A stretch of 64,000 nt of DNA. Source: Octopus sinensis. Taxonomy: Eukaryota. A model generated the notes under the pieces. That model was not told where the DNA came from, made no database searches, and saw only the letters and a list, made by a program, of their open reading frames with translations. Shown in pieces: positions 49,665 to 64,000 of this stretch. The DNA is taken from assembly GCF_006345805.1 (NCBI RefSeq), contig NC_042998.1, positions 124,992,001 to 125,056,000 of the forward strand, in the 5' to 3' direction. A program made the position numbers and the translations under genes. The stretch's first letter is position 1. The number at the start of each line of letters is the position of its first letter.

Positions 49665-50058
49665 GGCGTGGCTGTGTGATTACAAGTTTGCCTCCTAACC
49701 AAATGGTCCCGGGTCCTGTCCTACTGCGTAGCAATTTGGACAAGTATTTTCTACTATTGCCTCGAGCCGACCAAGGCCTTGTAAATGGATTTAGTAGACG
49801 GAAAATGAAAGAAGCCCGTCGTATATGTATATGTACGCATATGTATATATATCTATGAGTGTTTGTCTTTGTGTCTGTGTTTACACCCACACCCACATAT
49901 AACTCGGCGGTTCGGCAAAAAATCACCGATAGAATAAGTACCACATTTTAACAATAGAGTACTGGGGTCAGCTCGTTCGACTAAAATTCTTCAAGGCGGT
50001 GCCCCAGAATAGCCTCAGTCTAAATGACTGAAATTCGTAAAGAGTAAAAAGTAAAAGA
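49665..50058 (+). mobile_element. SINE family A, diverged
   Basis: Head, CORE-like block, microsatellite, shortened 3' module and CAGTC-TAAAT-GACTG hairpin tail. Confidence 0.85.
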
Positions 50059-50294
50059 AAATATATTAAATAATTTCTTATGCTGGCCCGATAATATAAA
50101 TCTGTAATCGTCTGATGTGGGAGATTGAATTTATTTCATTACATGACTGATGCTTTATCTATCCCTGTGGGGTCGATAACATTAGAACCGGTTATGTGTG
50201 TGCGTGAGTGAGTGGGTGCATTCTATCGACCATTATGGAAGTAACCAAAGTCAACGTAACATCCCGTATAATCCATACCAACAAAGAAAATAAG

Positions 50295-51339
50295 GGAGGC
50301 ATATTTTCAATCAGGTAGCGGAATATTTCCTGAATAATTGCAGCACATTCTTTGCGGAACACCGAATTGAGCAAGGATATCGATGTGAGTCGATGTGGTC
50401 TAGCACGAAGTCGGCATTTGAAAACATTCCAGTGAAGGGGTTTATATCAGGACTCTGCGCAGACCAATCCGTTAGTGGGACGTTGTCGTCAAACCACTCC
50501 TCTACACCCCCTGCAGTATGGACGGGTGCTCGGTCATGGTGAAAGATATAATGGTCATCCCAGAACTGAATTTCGATGCTAGGCAACATAGAAGTGGTTA
50601 AAATGTCAGTGTAAGCTTGTGCCGTGGCAGCACCACATAAACAATGAGGGGGCCAAGCCCCTCCAGGAGAAACATGACCACTCTATGACCTCGCCACCGC
50701 CAAATTTCACGGTCAGCACTATACAGACTGGTGCATATCGTTCATCAGGCATTCGCTACACCCATACCCTACTATCGCATCGCCACATTGTGTACCGAGA
50801 TTCATTACTCCACAGAATAGTTTTCCACTGTTCTATAGTCCAGTTTCGACGTTCTTTACACCAAGCGAGGCAGCGTGAGGCATTTGTCTGTGTGATGTAT
50901 GGCTTATGGGTAGATGCTCTTCCATGGAAACCAAGTTTCTGCACCTCGCGCCGAACAGTCATGGAGCTTGCAGTAGATCTTCCTGAAGTTTGGAATTCCT
51001 GTGTGAAGGTGGTGAGGGGTGATAGACGATTATGTTGTACGACCCACTTCAACACTCCGCGGAAACAGTGAACCTAGGGATGTTCAGGAGGGTGGAAATC
51101 TTATGCACAAGCTTGTTAGACAAGTGGCACCCAACCACCTGACCACGTTAAAAATCCGTTAGTTCCGCAGAGCGGCGTCCCATTCTGCTGGCTAGTGTTG
51201 TCTGCTGGCTACTGAGATTGCTGACCATGTGTTCCATGTGGTAAATTGTAGTACTGAGGCGCCCTCTGTGATCTACAGTATTACCCTCAACATGAACGCA
51301 TTTTTCGCGAGCTGTGTGGATACTTTTGGTCACATAGTG
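50295..51339 (-). mobile_element. Tc1-family DNA transposon relic; 5' TIR present, 3' TIR missing
   Basis: TIR CACTATGTGACCAAAAGTATCCACAC (51339-51314) next to TA. Transposase pieces MGRRSAELTDF*RGQVVGCHL, TVRREVQKLGF, WKTILWSNES, FHHDRAPVH and WSAQSPDINP; ATG at 51183. Confidence 0.9.
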
Positions 51340-51346
51340 TATATAT

Positions 51347-54174
<2,828 letters not shown>

Positions 54175-54249
54175 ATATTTATTCACACATTAATAATAGA
54201 AAGGTAAAATGTATTAATTAATTAATTAATTAATTAATTAATTAATTAA

Positions 54250-54950
54250 TCAATGAATTAACAATTTTACCAAGTAGATCGGTAAGTTAAAATAACCTTT
54301 ATAGGTAAAATCATCCACATAATTATAATTAGGGTTCAGCTAACTGCTTCACCACATACCGAAATTAGAAATAGGAGTTAAAAATTCCTTTTCTGCTACT
54401 ATAAGAATTTCCATGGCGGTAAACATACTCTTTTACGAAGGGAAAGAGAAAAACAATGAATCAACACGACCAAGATTAATTATATACGCGTTTCGAGGTT
54501 AAATTAATTTGAATTTTACTTCTCTCTTCAGTATAATATTTCAACACCTTTTATGTCCATCTCCCATGTTCCTGCCTTTAGGCTTTCAATTCCTACACGC
54601 CAGTTCAATTTGATTCGTTCTCAGTCGAAATACTCTGTTGTTATTTTTTGTTGTTTGTATTCGTGTACCATGTTCTCCGTTTTTTCTTTTTGTTTATTTG
54701 TTTTTTTTTTATCTTTGTTGCCGTACACATTCGCTAGCTTTCTTACAAAGAAGTCTAAGGCTCTTAGCTTAGACTATTTTGGAGGCAACCAGATCGAACC
54801 ATCTCAAGTGTAACTGCCCGAAAAGGTCGTGACTTCTGGGACTCGTCTTGTTTTGCCTGTCCTTCTAATTGTTGATTCTTTTGTCCGCCTTTCTATTGTC
54901 TATCAGTCCAAATGTTTTTATGCACTCTATTGCGTTTTTGTTCCATTGAT
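54250..54950 (-). mobile_element. Probable Penelope-like terminal (pLTR-like) relic carrying a hammerhead; no ORF
   Basis: Contains the hammerhead at 54479-54537 and is bounded by (TAAT)n and TA arrays. The class is inferred from the ribozyme type; boundaries are uncertain. Confidence 0.45.
54479..54537 (-). ncRNA. Type I hammerhead ribozyme with a canonical core
   Basis: Minus strand ATTATA-CTGAAGA-GAG(24 nt)CTC-GAAA-CGCG-TA-TATAAT: 6-bp stem I, intact CUGANGA and GAAA, palindromic stem III ACGCGT, GUA triplet. Confidence 0.88.
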
Positions 54951-55032
54951 ATATATATATATAAATTTGATATATATATATTTATATATATAAATATATT
55001 GCGTTTTTGTTCCATTGATATATATATATATA

Positions 55033-55063
<31 letters not shown>

Positions 55064-55163
55064 AATTTATGATATATAATATATATATACATAAATATAT
55101 ATATATATTATATATATATATATAATATTATATATATATAATTATATATATATATATATATAT

Positions 55164-55201
<38 letters not shown>

Positions 55202-55287
55202 TCATTATATATATATTATATATATAAATTTATGATACATAATATATATATAATATAAATTTATGATACATAAATATATATATATAT

Positions 55288-55321
<34 letters not shown>

Positions 55322-55382
55322 TCATTATATATATATATAATATATAAATTTATGATACATAAATATATAATATTATATATAT

Positions 55383-55414
<32 letters not shown>

Positions 55415-55590
55415 AATTCATTATATATATATAATATATATATATATATAATATAAATTCATTATATATATAATATTATATATATATATAATATATATAT
55501 ATATATATTATATATATAATATATATATATGTATACATTCATTATATATATATAATTATATGTATATGTATAAATTTATTATATATATAT
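54950..55590. repeat. TA-rich minisatellite with recurring ATAAATTCATT / ATAAATTTATGATA cores
   Basis: Direct reading. It starts with a duplicated TATTGCGTTTTTGTTCCATTGA (about 54928 and 54997). Confidence 0.9.
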
Positions 55591-56024
55591 ACATAGATAG
55601 ATAGTTAGATAGATAAACATAAATTCCGCTTAGGCACAGCGAGACTAATAACCTGGTGTAGAACTCAATATTCATATGGTCCAGAACACAATGTTAGATT
55701 AGAGTAGTGTTATAATGTGAACAAAGAGATGGCACCGAAAAAAGAAAGGATATCTAATGGACTTCATTAGCTTACAGATATTTCTACTATAAGATGTAGT
55801 GGACTCTTAGTTGAGTCCCTGGGTAACATCATATAGCTTCATCTGAACCTTGAATATGAAGCACACTTCGTTTGGGGGAAAAATATTGTCAGGCGTTAGA
55901 AGTGAGAAAGTGAAATGTGATGCCTGTGGAATGATCTCTCTACATCCTATAGCGGAAACGGTTGTAAGGTAATGCAGTTCATTACATAAACTTGGTTTTT
56001 TGCGGCGTCATCTCTTTGTTCATG

Positions 56025-56133
<109 letters not shown>

Positions 56134-57199
56134 TGCCTGTGTATGTATGAGTGTATGTATGTATTCTAAAACAGTTGTTTTGACTTGCTCTTCAACATTT
56201 TAATAGAAATCTTTAAATTGCCGAAACAGAATAAATGAACTGTGAAGCAATCATGTGAGAAGAAGGAAGTATCCTTAGTTTTGTTCTCATTGAAAATTCA
56301 GTCACGTTTCCTGTATTGTTCGTTGCTATTTCTTCTAAACTTTCAAGGACAGTACTCGCTTTTTATCTGTATTTGTCATCATTTAAGTATACTCAATTCT
56401 ATGTTGCAAGATTTGTGTAAATACATATAATTTTTTTTAATATTTTTTAAAAAATTAATCACATATTTGCTTAAAATACACAAAAATTAAATTCTTTTGC
56501 AACGTTTTCAATTTTTATTGTGAAAGTTATTAAACTTTCACTTTGGAATCAAATGTTTAAAATATGACATGTCATTCAGAAATGCACGGTAACTATTTTG
56601 TTGATCTTTGTTCAATACTAGAATTTACAATTACTAGCTTTTAATTTTATTCCAACGAAAACAATTCAATAAAATTATATAGGAAAAAAATACATGAACA
56701 GAAGTAAAAAAAAAATCTAAGAAATATAAAATATAAAAATAATATTGATTATATGAGACTACGAATTTGTGAGATCTTAGTATTGTCTTTTATTTGCGGG
56801 GGTTTATAGCTGTTGTTTTTGAACTTTCTTTGTTTGTTACTATTTATTTTGTAGGTGATGTTTTCTGTTATTTGTGTTGGATATCTAATGGTTTGTCATT
56901 TACAAATGGAAGTGTCAATAACCATTTCAATAGTAACAGAGTGACTATCGTAATTAATGGATTCTTCTTTGGATGCAAAACTGAAATTTATAGGGAAAGT
57001 GGTATAGTCGATTAAATCGATTCTACTATATTGCAAGTATTTTTACTGTGCCCACCACCACCACTCCTCTCCTCTACAAAAAGAATACAATGCAAGATTA
57101 AGTAGACCGTAGCAGAATTTTAAATTCCATGAGAAGATAGATGAGGAATGGCACTCGAATTTACAGGCAAATTTTGTTGTCGTAATTGACCAAAAACTA

Positions 57200-57401
57200 A
57201 TGGCATAAGAACAGCAAGTTCTAGGGAGTGGGTAAGTCGATTACATCGATCCCAGTGTTCAACTGGTACATATTTTATCGTCCCCGAAATAATTAAAGGT
57301 AAAGTCGACCTCAGCGGAATATGAACTCAGAACGTAAAAGACAGATGAAGTGCCTCTAAGCATTCTGCCCGGTGTCCTAAAGATTCTGCCACCTCGCCGC
57401 C
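57200..57401 (-). mobile_element. SINE family C
   Basis: Reverse complement of the family C consensus (AAAGTCGACCTC...GAACTCAGAACGTAA...). Confidence 0.8.
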
Positions 57402-58849
57402 TTGATGATGATGATGATGATGATGATGGTTTCAAATTTTGCCAAAAGGGTAGTTATTTTTGGTGGGAGGGGATGAGTCGATGGGTTTTCTAACACATTT
57501 GTGTGTCTTCAGTCTTGGCTTCTATTTTCCTCTTCACCTGAAAAAGTCGTTGAGGTTTCTTTCCTTAGGGTTATTGTTGTTGTTGTTGTTATTGTTCTTG
57601 TTGTGGCAGTGGAGGTGATGGTACTATCATCCTTCTGAGCTGTGATACTAGTATTTGCTTCTGTTGCTGTTATTGTTCAGAAAGCTCCTTTTATTGCTGT
57701 TGTGGTTGCAGCTAATGTTACTGCTATTGTTTATGTTATGCTATTTTCACTTGGTTAGCAAAGATTTCAAAACAAACTGTTGCTGCTATTCCTACCTTTA
57801 CTGCTGCAGCAACTACCTTCAAGGGGCATTTAGCACACCAGAAGATTGGTTATACCATATGTTTGTCACCTGTGTCGCTATATTCCACAATTACACGCAT
57901 TCATTGTGTCTATTTTGTCCGATTTCTCGTCTAGGTTTTCAGTTTGTTACTAGATATAGATTTCGACACCAGTTCCGTACCAATTTTCCTGGTAGTGGTT
58001 TTATGTCTAATATTGTGTTTTTTACTTCTACAATATTGCATGTCACCATTCCAATACCCTCACTTGTGCTACTCGCCAAACGATGTAAGTTTCTCGTTCT
58101 TTCTTTCCTGGCGCGATGAAATGCTTCGATGTGTGAGTATCTGATAGGAATCCTATCTCCACTGTCTCATTATGCCCGGCGCCAGTGATAAAGCTAATGT
58201 CACCATATCCTTAGGTGTGTGTGAATCATTAACTTTTACTAGTCACCAAGCCATAGGTTGTTTTCTCCAAGAGCTTAGTGACACAACGTTGTGGTCTTCA
58301 TGTTTTCTCTCCAGACGAGCTTAGTGCTACTGTCACTGACTCTTGTTATGGATGCTTCTCGGCGCCTCCTTGTTCGGATTTTTTCCCAACGGCACTATCC
58401 CACCTCGGTCCACAGGACTGGAAATTCTCCCGTTCTGCTGCCAGTTCAGGCTTTTAGATCACCAAATAAGTCTGGAATAAGAAAATAAAGCTTGAAGGTC
58501 AGACAAGCCCCAGACGTTTCCTATATGCAGCTCATCAACGCGTCATGTACGTCGCTGTTATCGGCATCTTGCAGAACTCCATATTCCTGGTCGAAAACTG
58601 CGGCAAGCTGTCAATGTAAGAGGTAAAATCCACCCCCGTCTTTGCGTACAAATTTAACAGTTCAGCAAAGTGCCGCTGAAATTCTGAGTACATCAGCCAG
58701 GACTCGAGTGATAAGTCAACACGACGAAATGCCGCCAAGCATTTTGTCCAGCACCACGGTAATGGTTCTGGCCCGTCGAACAGCCTCCGTTTCTTCGTTA
58801 CTTCGCGTATTAGAGAACGCACCCTAGTTCATATAAGGCAACCTTCATT

Positions 58850-59220
58850 CTTGGCTTTGAAGAATTAGTTTACTACCAATCTCGTTGTCGGCATAGTGGC
58901 CATTATGGCCTTTCCAACAGTCTCTCATCTAGCTTCCAATCTAGATCTTCCTTTACTCTAGACTTTCTTATCGCTAGTTATTTACTGTCTTAACGCCTCT
59001 ACTCTAATAGCGCTTTTACAGGGCCATTCATCATCGGTTGCTAGAAATTGCATATCAACTACCGATGTACTTACTAATTCGGTCTCTGAGCGCTTGTCGC
59101 GCCGAGAAAGATACGTTCAGCTTCTGGTGTCTTGAGTCCAGCATATGAAGCCTTTCCAGGTCTATAGTGCAGTCACAAATTTGTGGTCTGTGTATGGCTG
59201 ACTGTTTGAAATTCTGGACA
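58850..59220 (-). mobile_element. Possible L1/Tx1-like LINE fragment (end of endonuclease and linker)
   Basis: Minus translation YTDHKFVTAL ... KLNVSF..RQALRDRISKYI ... KSAIRVEALR, in broken frames. Confidence 0.45.
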
Positions 59221-59296
59221 GTCTTTGCTGTTCGTATCTAGTAACAGTATCACACAGCATCAAAATAAGGGAAAACTAAAGCCTAATAACAACTCA

Positions 59297-59718
59297 TTCT
59301 ACTATAGGCACAAGGGAACCGAAATTTGGGGAGAGGGGCTAGTCAGTTACATTGACCCCAGTTCTTCACTGGTACTTATTTTATCTACCATGAAAGGAAG
59401 AAATGAAAAGTCGATTTCGGTGAAATTTGAACTCAGAGCGTATCGAGGGACGAATAACCGCTAAGCATTTTGTCCGAGGCAATAACGGTTCTGCCAGTCT
59501 ACACACGTTAATAATAATTCTTATTTTGGCACAAGACCAGCAAGTTTGAGGAGTGTAGAAGTCGATTACATTAACCCTAGTGCTCAACCGGTACTTATTT
59601 TATCTACCCCGAAAGGATGAAAGGCGAAATTGACCTCGGTGGAATTTGAACTCAGAACGTAAAGACGAACGAAATGCTGCTAAGTATTTTGCCCGGCGTG
59701 CCAACGATTCTTCCAGCT
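59297..59718 (-). mobile_element. Two tandem SINE family C copies (59297-59498 and 59518-59718)
   Basis: Each is the reverse complement of the family C consensus. Confidence 0.85.
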
Positions 59719-59758
59719 TGTCACTTTAATAATAATAATAGTAATAATAATAATAATA

Positions 59759-59824
<66 letters not shown>

Positions 59825-59886
59825 TTATTAGCCATGAGGACATAAATGAGGGGCACATCACAAGGTAGACAATAATTAATATGTAG

Positions 59887-60091
59887 AGGTGGCAAAAACG
59901 TTAGCACGCCGGGCGAAATGCTTAGCGGTATTTCGTCTGTCGTTACGTTCTGAGTTCAAATTCCGCCGAGGTCGACTTTGCCTTTCATCCTTTCGGGGGT
60001 CGATAAATTAAGTACCAGTTGAGTACTGGGGTCGATCTAATCGACTGGCCCCTCCCCCAAAATTTCAGGCCTTGTACCTAGAGTAGAAAAG
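59887..60091 (+). mobile_element. SINE family C, well preserved
   Basis: GTTAGCACGCCGGGCGAAATGCTTAGCGG...CTGAGTTCAAATTCCGCCGAGGTCGACTTTGCCTTTCATCCTTTCGGGGGTCGATAAATTAAGTACCAG...GGCCTTGTACCTAGAGTAGAAAAG. Weaker copies at about 45040, 58690, 61155, 62430 and 62705. Confidence 0.88.
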
Positions 60092-62121
60092 ACTACGGAG
60101 AGGTTGCTTTGTACACTATGTACACTTTATTTCATTTCATCATCTTTCTTCCTCATATGTATTATGTATGAGATAACATGAATGATGCAGACCTCGTGAT
60201 ACAGGATAAACTTCAACTAGGATCAAACAATGAACCCCACATGTTCAGGATTACCCTGACCACCAAAGGCATGAGCGCTACTATTTTCCTTTTTGAAGTT
60301 GTTATGCTTCTGTAACTTTAACTTTTCGTAAAATAGTTTTCCAATATCTTTCACAGTACCTAATGAGTACGTGTATACTTATGTACAAAGATGTGTGGTT
60401 GTATGCGCACCTGTTCGTTACTTAGGTGTGCTATATGTCCGTTATGCATATGTGGGTGGAGATATACATACACACACACAGATATATATACATACATACA
60501 TACATACATATATAAGAGAGAGAGGAGAAATAGAGAGGGACGCTCATGGATATGATGCGAAAGAACATATTTATCTTGAAAGTGATATACTAAGTGGATT
60601 TAGCTTTAGATATAAAATATTACAAAATTTGACACATAAAATGTAACGCATCTTCAGTGGATGTTAATGAATATGGGAACTATGAAATCATGAATAAGTA
60701 AAAAACATAAATAATCGAATAATTAATCATATAAATGACCATCAAAGTGACTTGGATGTATTCTACAAACGAAATGATGCTGAAAAATTCTATCTCTTAT
60801 ATCGGTCAATATAAACAATATATGACTACAAATACAAATACACATAAACAGTCAGATACGTAAACAGATATGATCACAAGCACACACATACACGCGAGTA
60901 CATGGGTATGTTTCTCTCTGTGTATATAATTATTATCAATATTTCATCCCTAATGAAAGAAATATTAGTTCCGAATGAACGCGTGTACACTAAAATCTGT
61001 TCCTACCATCTTCTAATCATAACCTAATAATCAAGCTAATTTGATCTGTTAATGGCATTTATCGGGAATATATATATATTTTTTCATAAAGGACTTGTTC
61101 TCTTTAACTTCCTCGTCTGAAGCTAATTAGCGTTGATATTTATATTTTATTTAAGGCGGTGGGCTTGCAGGAGGCGGTTACGCGTGCTACTAAATGCCTC
61201 GCGGTATTTAGTTGTGTCTCTTTACGTTCAGAGTTAAAATGCCACTGAAATCAGCATCGCCTTTTATCCTAGTAGGCTTGATAACATAAAGTATTAGTCA
61301 AGTATTGGCGAGATGTAGTCAATATAATTAACTGTTCATTCTCAAAAAATTCCTGGCCTTGTACATATTTTAGAAAGTAACATTTCTGTCTTTGTTAATT
61401 CAGCGAGCTGGCAAAATCACTATTTGATACTGCATCACGGTTTCAATTCTCACTGGTTGTAGTTACACTTCCGTTAGAGTCTCAAATGTTCTTGACAAAG
61501 TCATGGATTTCGGCGACACTTCTAATTTATTGTCCTCTTATACTTTTCAAAAAGAAGTTTGTATTTTTATACGTTATTTCTGAACAGAGACAACGCCGAA
61601 GGGCATGAGGTAACCACAATGTGATTTCGATTCTTGTCTAAAGCCAATACTGTTAATACTCTTAATAAAGCATATACGTCATTATTTCCTATTTCACTCT
61701 CCCCTACAATACTTATGTATTTATTTTTCTGTATTATCTTGTTATAGTTTGTGGCTGAACCAATTGTAGTAAGGAGAGTGGAAATATATTCGTGACGTTC
61801 TTTTATTACCCATTGCAATAGCTAATACATTGTACTTGATACATTTAATACACGTAAGAAAGTTATGAACTCCACACAAACTTATTTCTCATATAAAATT
61901 TCAGAGCTCGTGCTTCAGTAGAGACTATTCATTGTGAAAATGGAATGTCTTGTGTTTGTAAACGCAACCTAAGCAGAAGCTGCGTTGTTACTTTATGATA
62001 AATTTACTATATTACACTAATTTAAGTTTAAATACAGGCATATTCGGCATTTTTTTCTTTCATATGGTCAGTAAAAATGGTTCTTATTGATTTATTTGGC
62101 TACACCTTTAGCGCTTTCCCT

Positions 62122-62286
<165 letters not shown>

Positions 62287-63422
62287 AAAAATATCAGTAT
62301 TCAGTTACTGACTACTTTCCCTTTACAAAACGAATATTTTTATTGTTGCAGTAAAGAGCAATGGAGTAGCAGAAAAGGTTATATTTTTCCTTTTTTATTA
62401 TTCTTTTTTTTTAATGCCGTGTGTTATTTGGTTATATTACCTTCTGACACCCCCTTTCATCTTTCGGGAATCGATAAAATCTGTACCAATCAAGTACTAA
62501 GATCGATTCAATTGACTTTCATCCTTCTCGAACACATTCGTGGCCGCTTACCAAACTTAGAAATCATTGTTATAGTTATTTTGATTCGTCTTCTTTTATA
62601 TTTATGTTAAGCATGGTTTTGTTATTGCTGCCTTTGCTGGTGCTGTTAATATGATGTGCTGCATTGTAGCATTTAATGCCGTCCAACGGTATCTATTACA
62701 ATAACCAGTGCCTCGGTTTCGCGGTTTTAAATTCTTCTATGTCCACTTTATCTACCATCCCGATGTGATCGATAAAATTAGTGCCAGTTATGCGCTACAA
62801 TCAATTCCGTTGGCGATAATACCTTTACTAGTAGAAATTGGCCATGTGTCGAACCAAAGGAATCATAATTATTTACAGCTTATGATTGAGGTCAAACTAC
62901 TAGTAATATATTTCAGTCGATTTGATCGGCTATCAGTTTCTATAACAAAAATTGGTGTGGTTTCAGTAAAAATACGTGACTTTGTACTTGTTCTTTGGCC
63001 CAATATCAGCCTGGATTAAACAGATCTATACTCCAAGACATCCCAGCCACGTGCGCTCCATTTTCATTTCAAAAATCGTAGATATTAAGCCAATGTATTC
63101 TTTTTTTAAGAATGTGAGTTTAGGAGTACCTGGCTGCTATTTCCTGCAGGTCGAGTGAGCACACAGACATTCTTATACATCGTTAGCCAAATATATATAA
63201 TTCATTAATATAGACATGGTTTTTGTTGAATTCTAGATTTAGAAGAGAGGGAAATAAAAGAAAATAATTTGTTCATTCCATATTTACTAACAGCCTATAC
63301 GAAATGTTTTGAACTACTTAGTATTACGCGCATGTGCATGCATTCGCACGCGCGCACATACACTCGCATACACACACATAAGTACACACATGTATATATA
63401 TATTGTTTGTAGTAGTAGTAGG

Positions 63423-63455
<33 letters not shown>

Positions 63456-63879
63456 GGTGGTAGTAGTAGTAGCAGTAGTAGTAGTAGTAAGACTGGAACA
63501 CTGTAAATCTTATAAATTCCTTGAAAGATGAACACATTGATGAAAACATTTTAGTTGTCGGTGTTCTTCCAAGTAAATAGTGAAACACAAGGTATTGTGC
63601 GTTCTGTGTATAACAAAGAGTGTGCGGCGCAATGACCTTATAAGAGCTTTTGGCAACAATTCAAGTTTCGTTGATTAATCATATTTCGATCTACTAGCAA
63701 ATATTTTTGCTTCAATATTTTCACTCAACATTTACTCCCCAGTTACTTCAATAATCGGCACCATGAAACTCAGTGTAACGATCCAACAGATTTGAACTTG
63801 TTATAAAACATGCGAGCTCTACTTTGCATATTGAGTACATTAAGCTTCGGTTTTAAATGCAAACGTTCTTCAGTCCATA

Positions 63880-64000
63880 GACATACATACATACATACAT
63901 ACATACATACATACATACATACATACATACATAAATACATACATACATACATACATACGTACGTAGACATACATACATACATACATACATACATACATAC
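63880..64000. repeat. (CATA)n microsatellite running to the window end
   Basis: Direct reading of the sequence. Confidence 0.97.

Overview
AT-rich, microsatellite-saturated animal DNA with no recognisable intact host gene. The SINE families and repeat landscape point to an octopus/cephalopod genome; this is an inference from recalled repeat families and was not checked by search. Nearly all non-simple sequence is transposon-derived: a complete DD34D mariner with two lesions, a near-intact Penelope-like (RT + GIY-YIG) element, an internally deleted Gypsy LTR element, Helitron, hAT, Tc1 and possible piggyBac relics, LINE fragments (R4/Dong-like, RTE, CR1/L2-like, L1/Tx1-like) and three tRNA-type SINE families. 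The most interesting signals are RNA-structural. There is a canonical-core type I hammerhead ribozyme at 54479-54537 (-), a U3-A8 variant hammerhead in the 3' region of the Penelope element at 10821-10864, and several decayed hammerhead-like motifs. The dominant SINE also shares its 3' tail with a CR1/L2-like LINE, with compensatory changes in the terminal stem-loop. Other observations include several local duplications (one probably an assembly artefact), a 54-bp-arm hairpin and one orphan exon candidate. Most ORFs in the supplied track are microsatellite artefacts. Percent identities are by-eye estimates.
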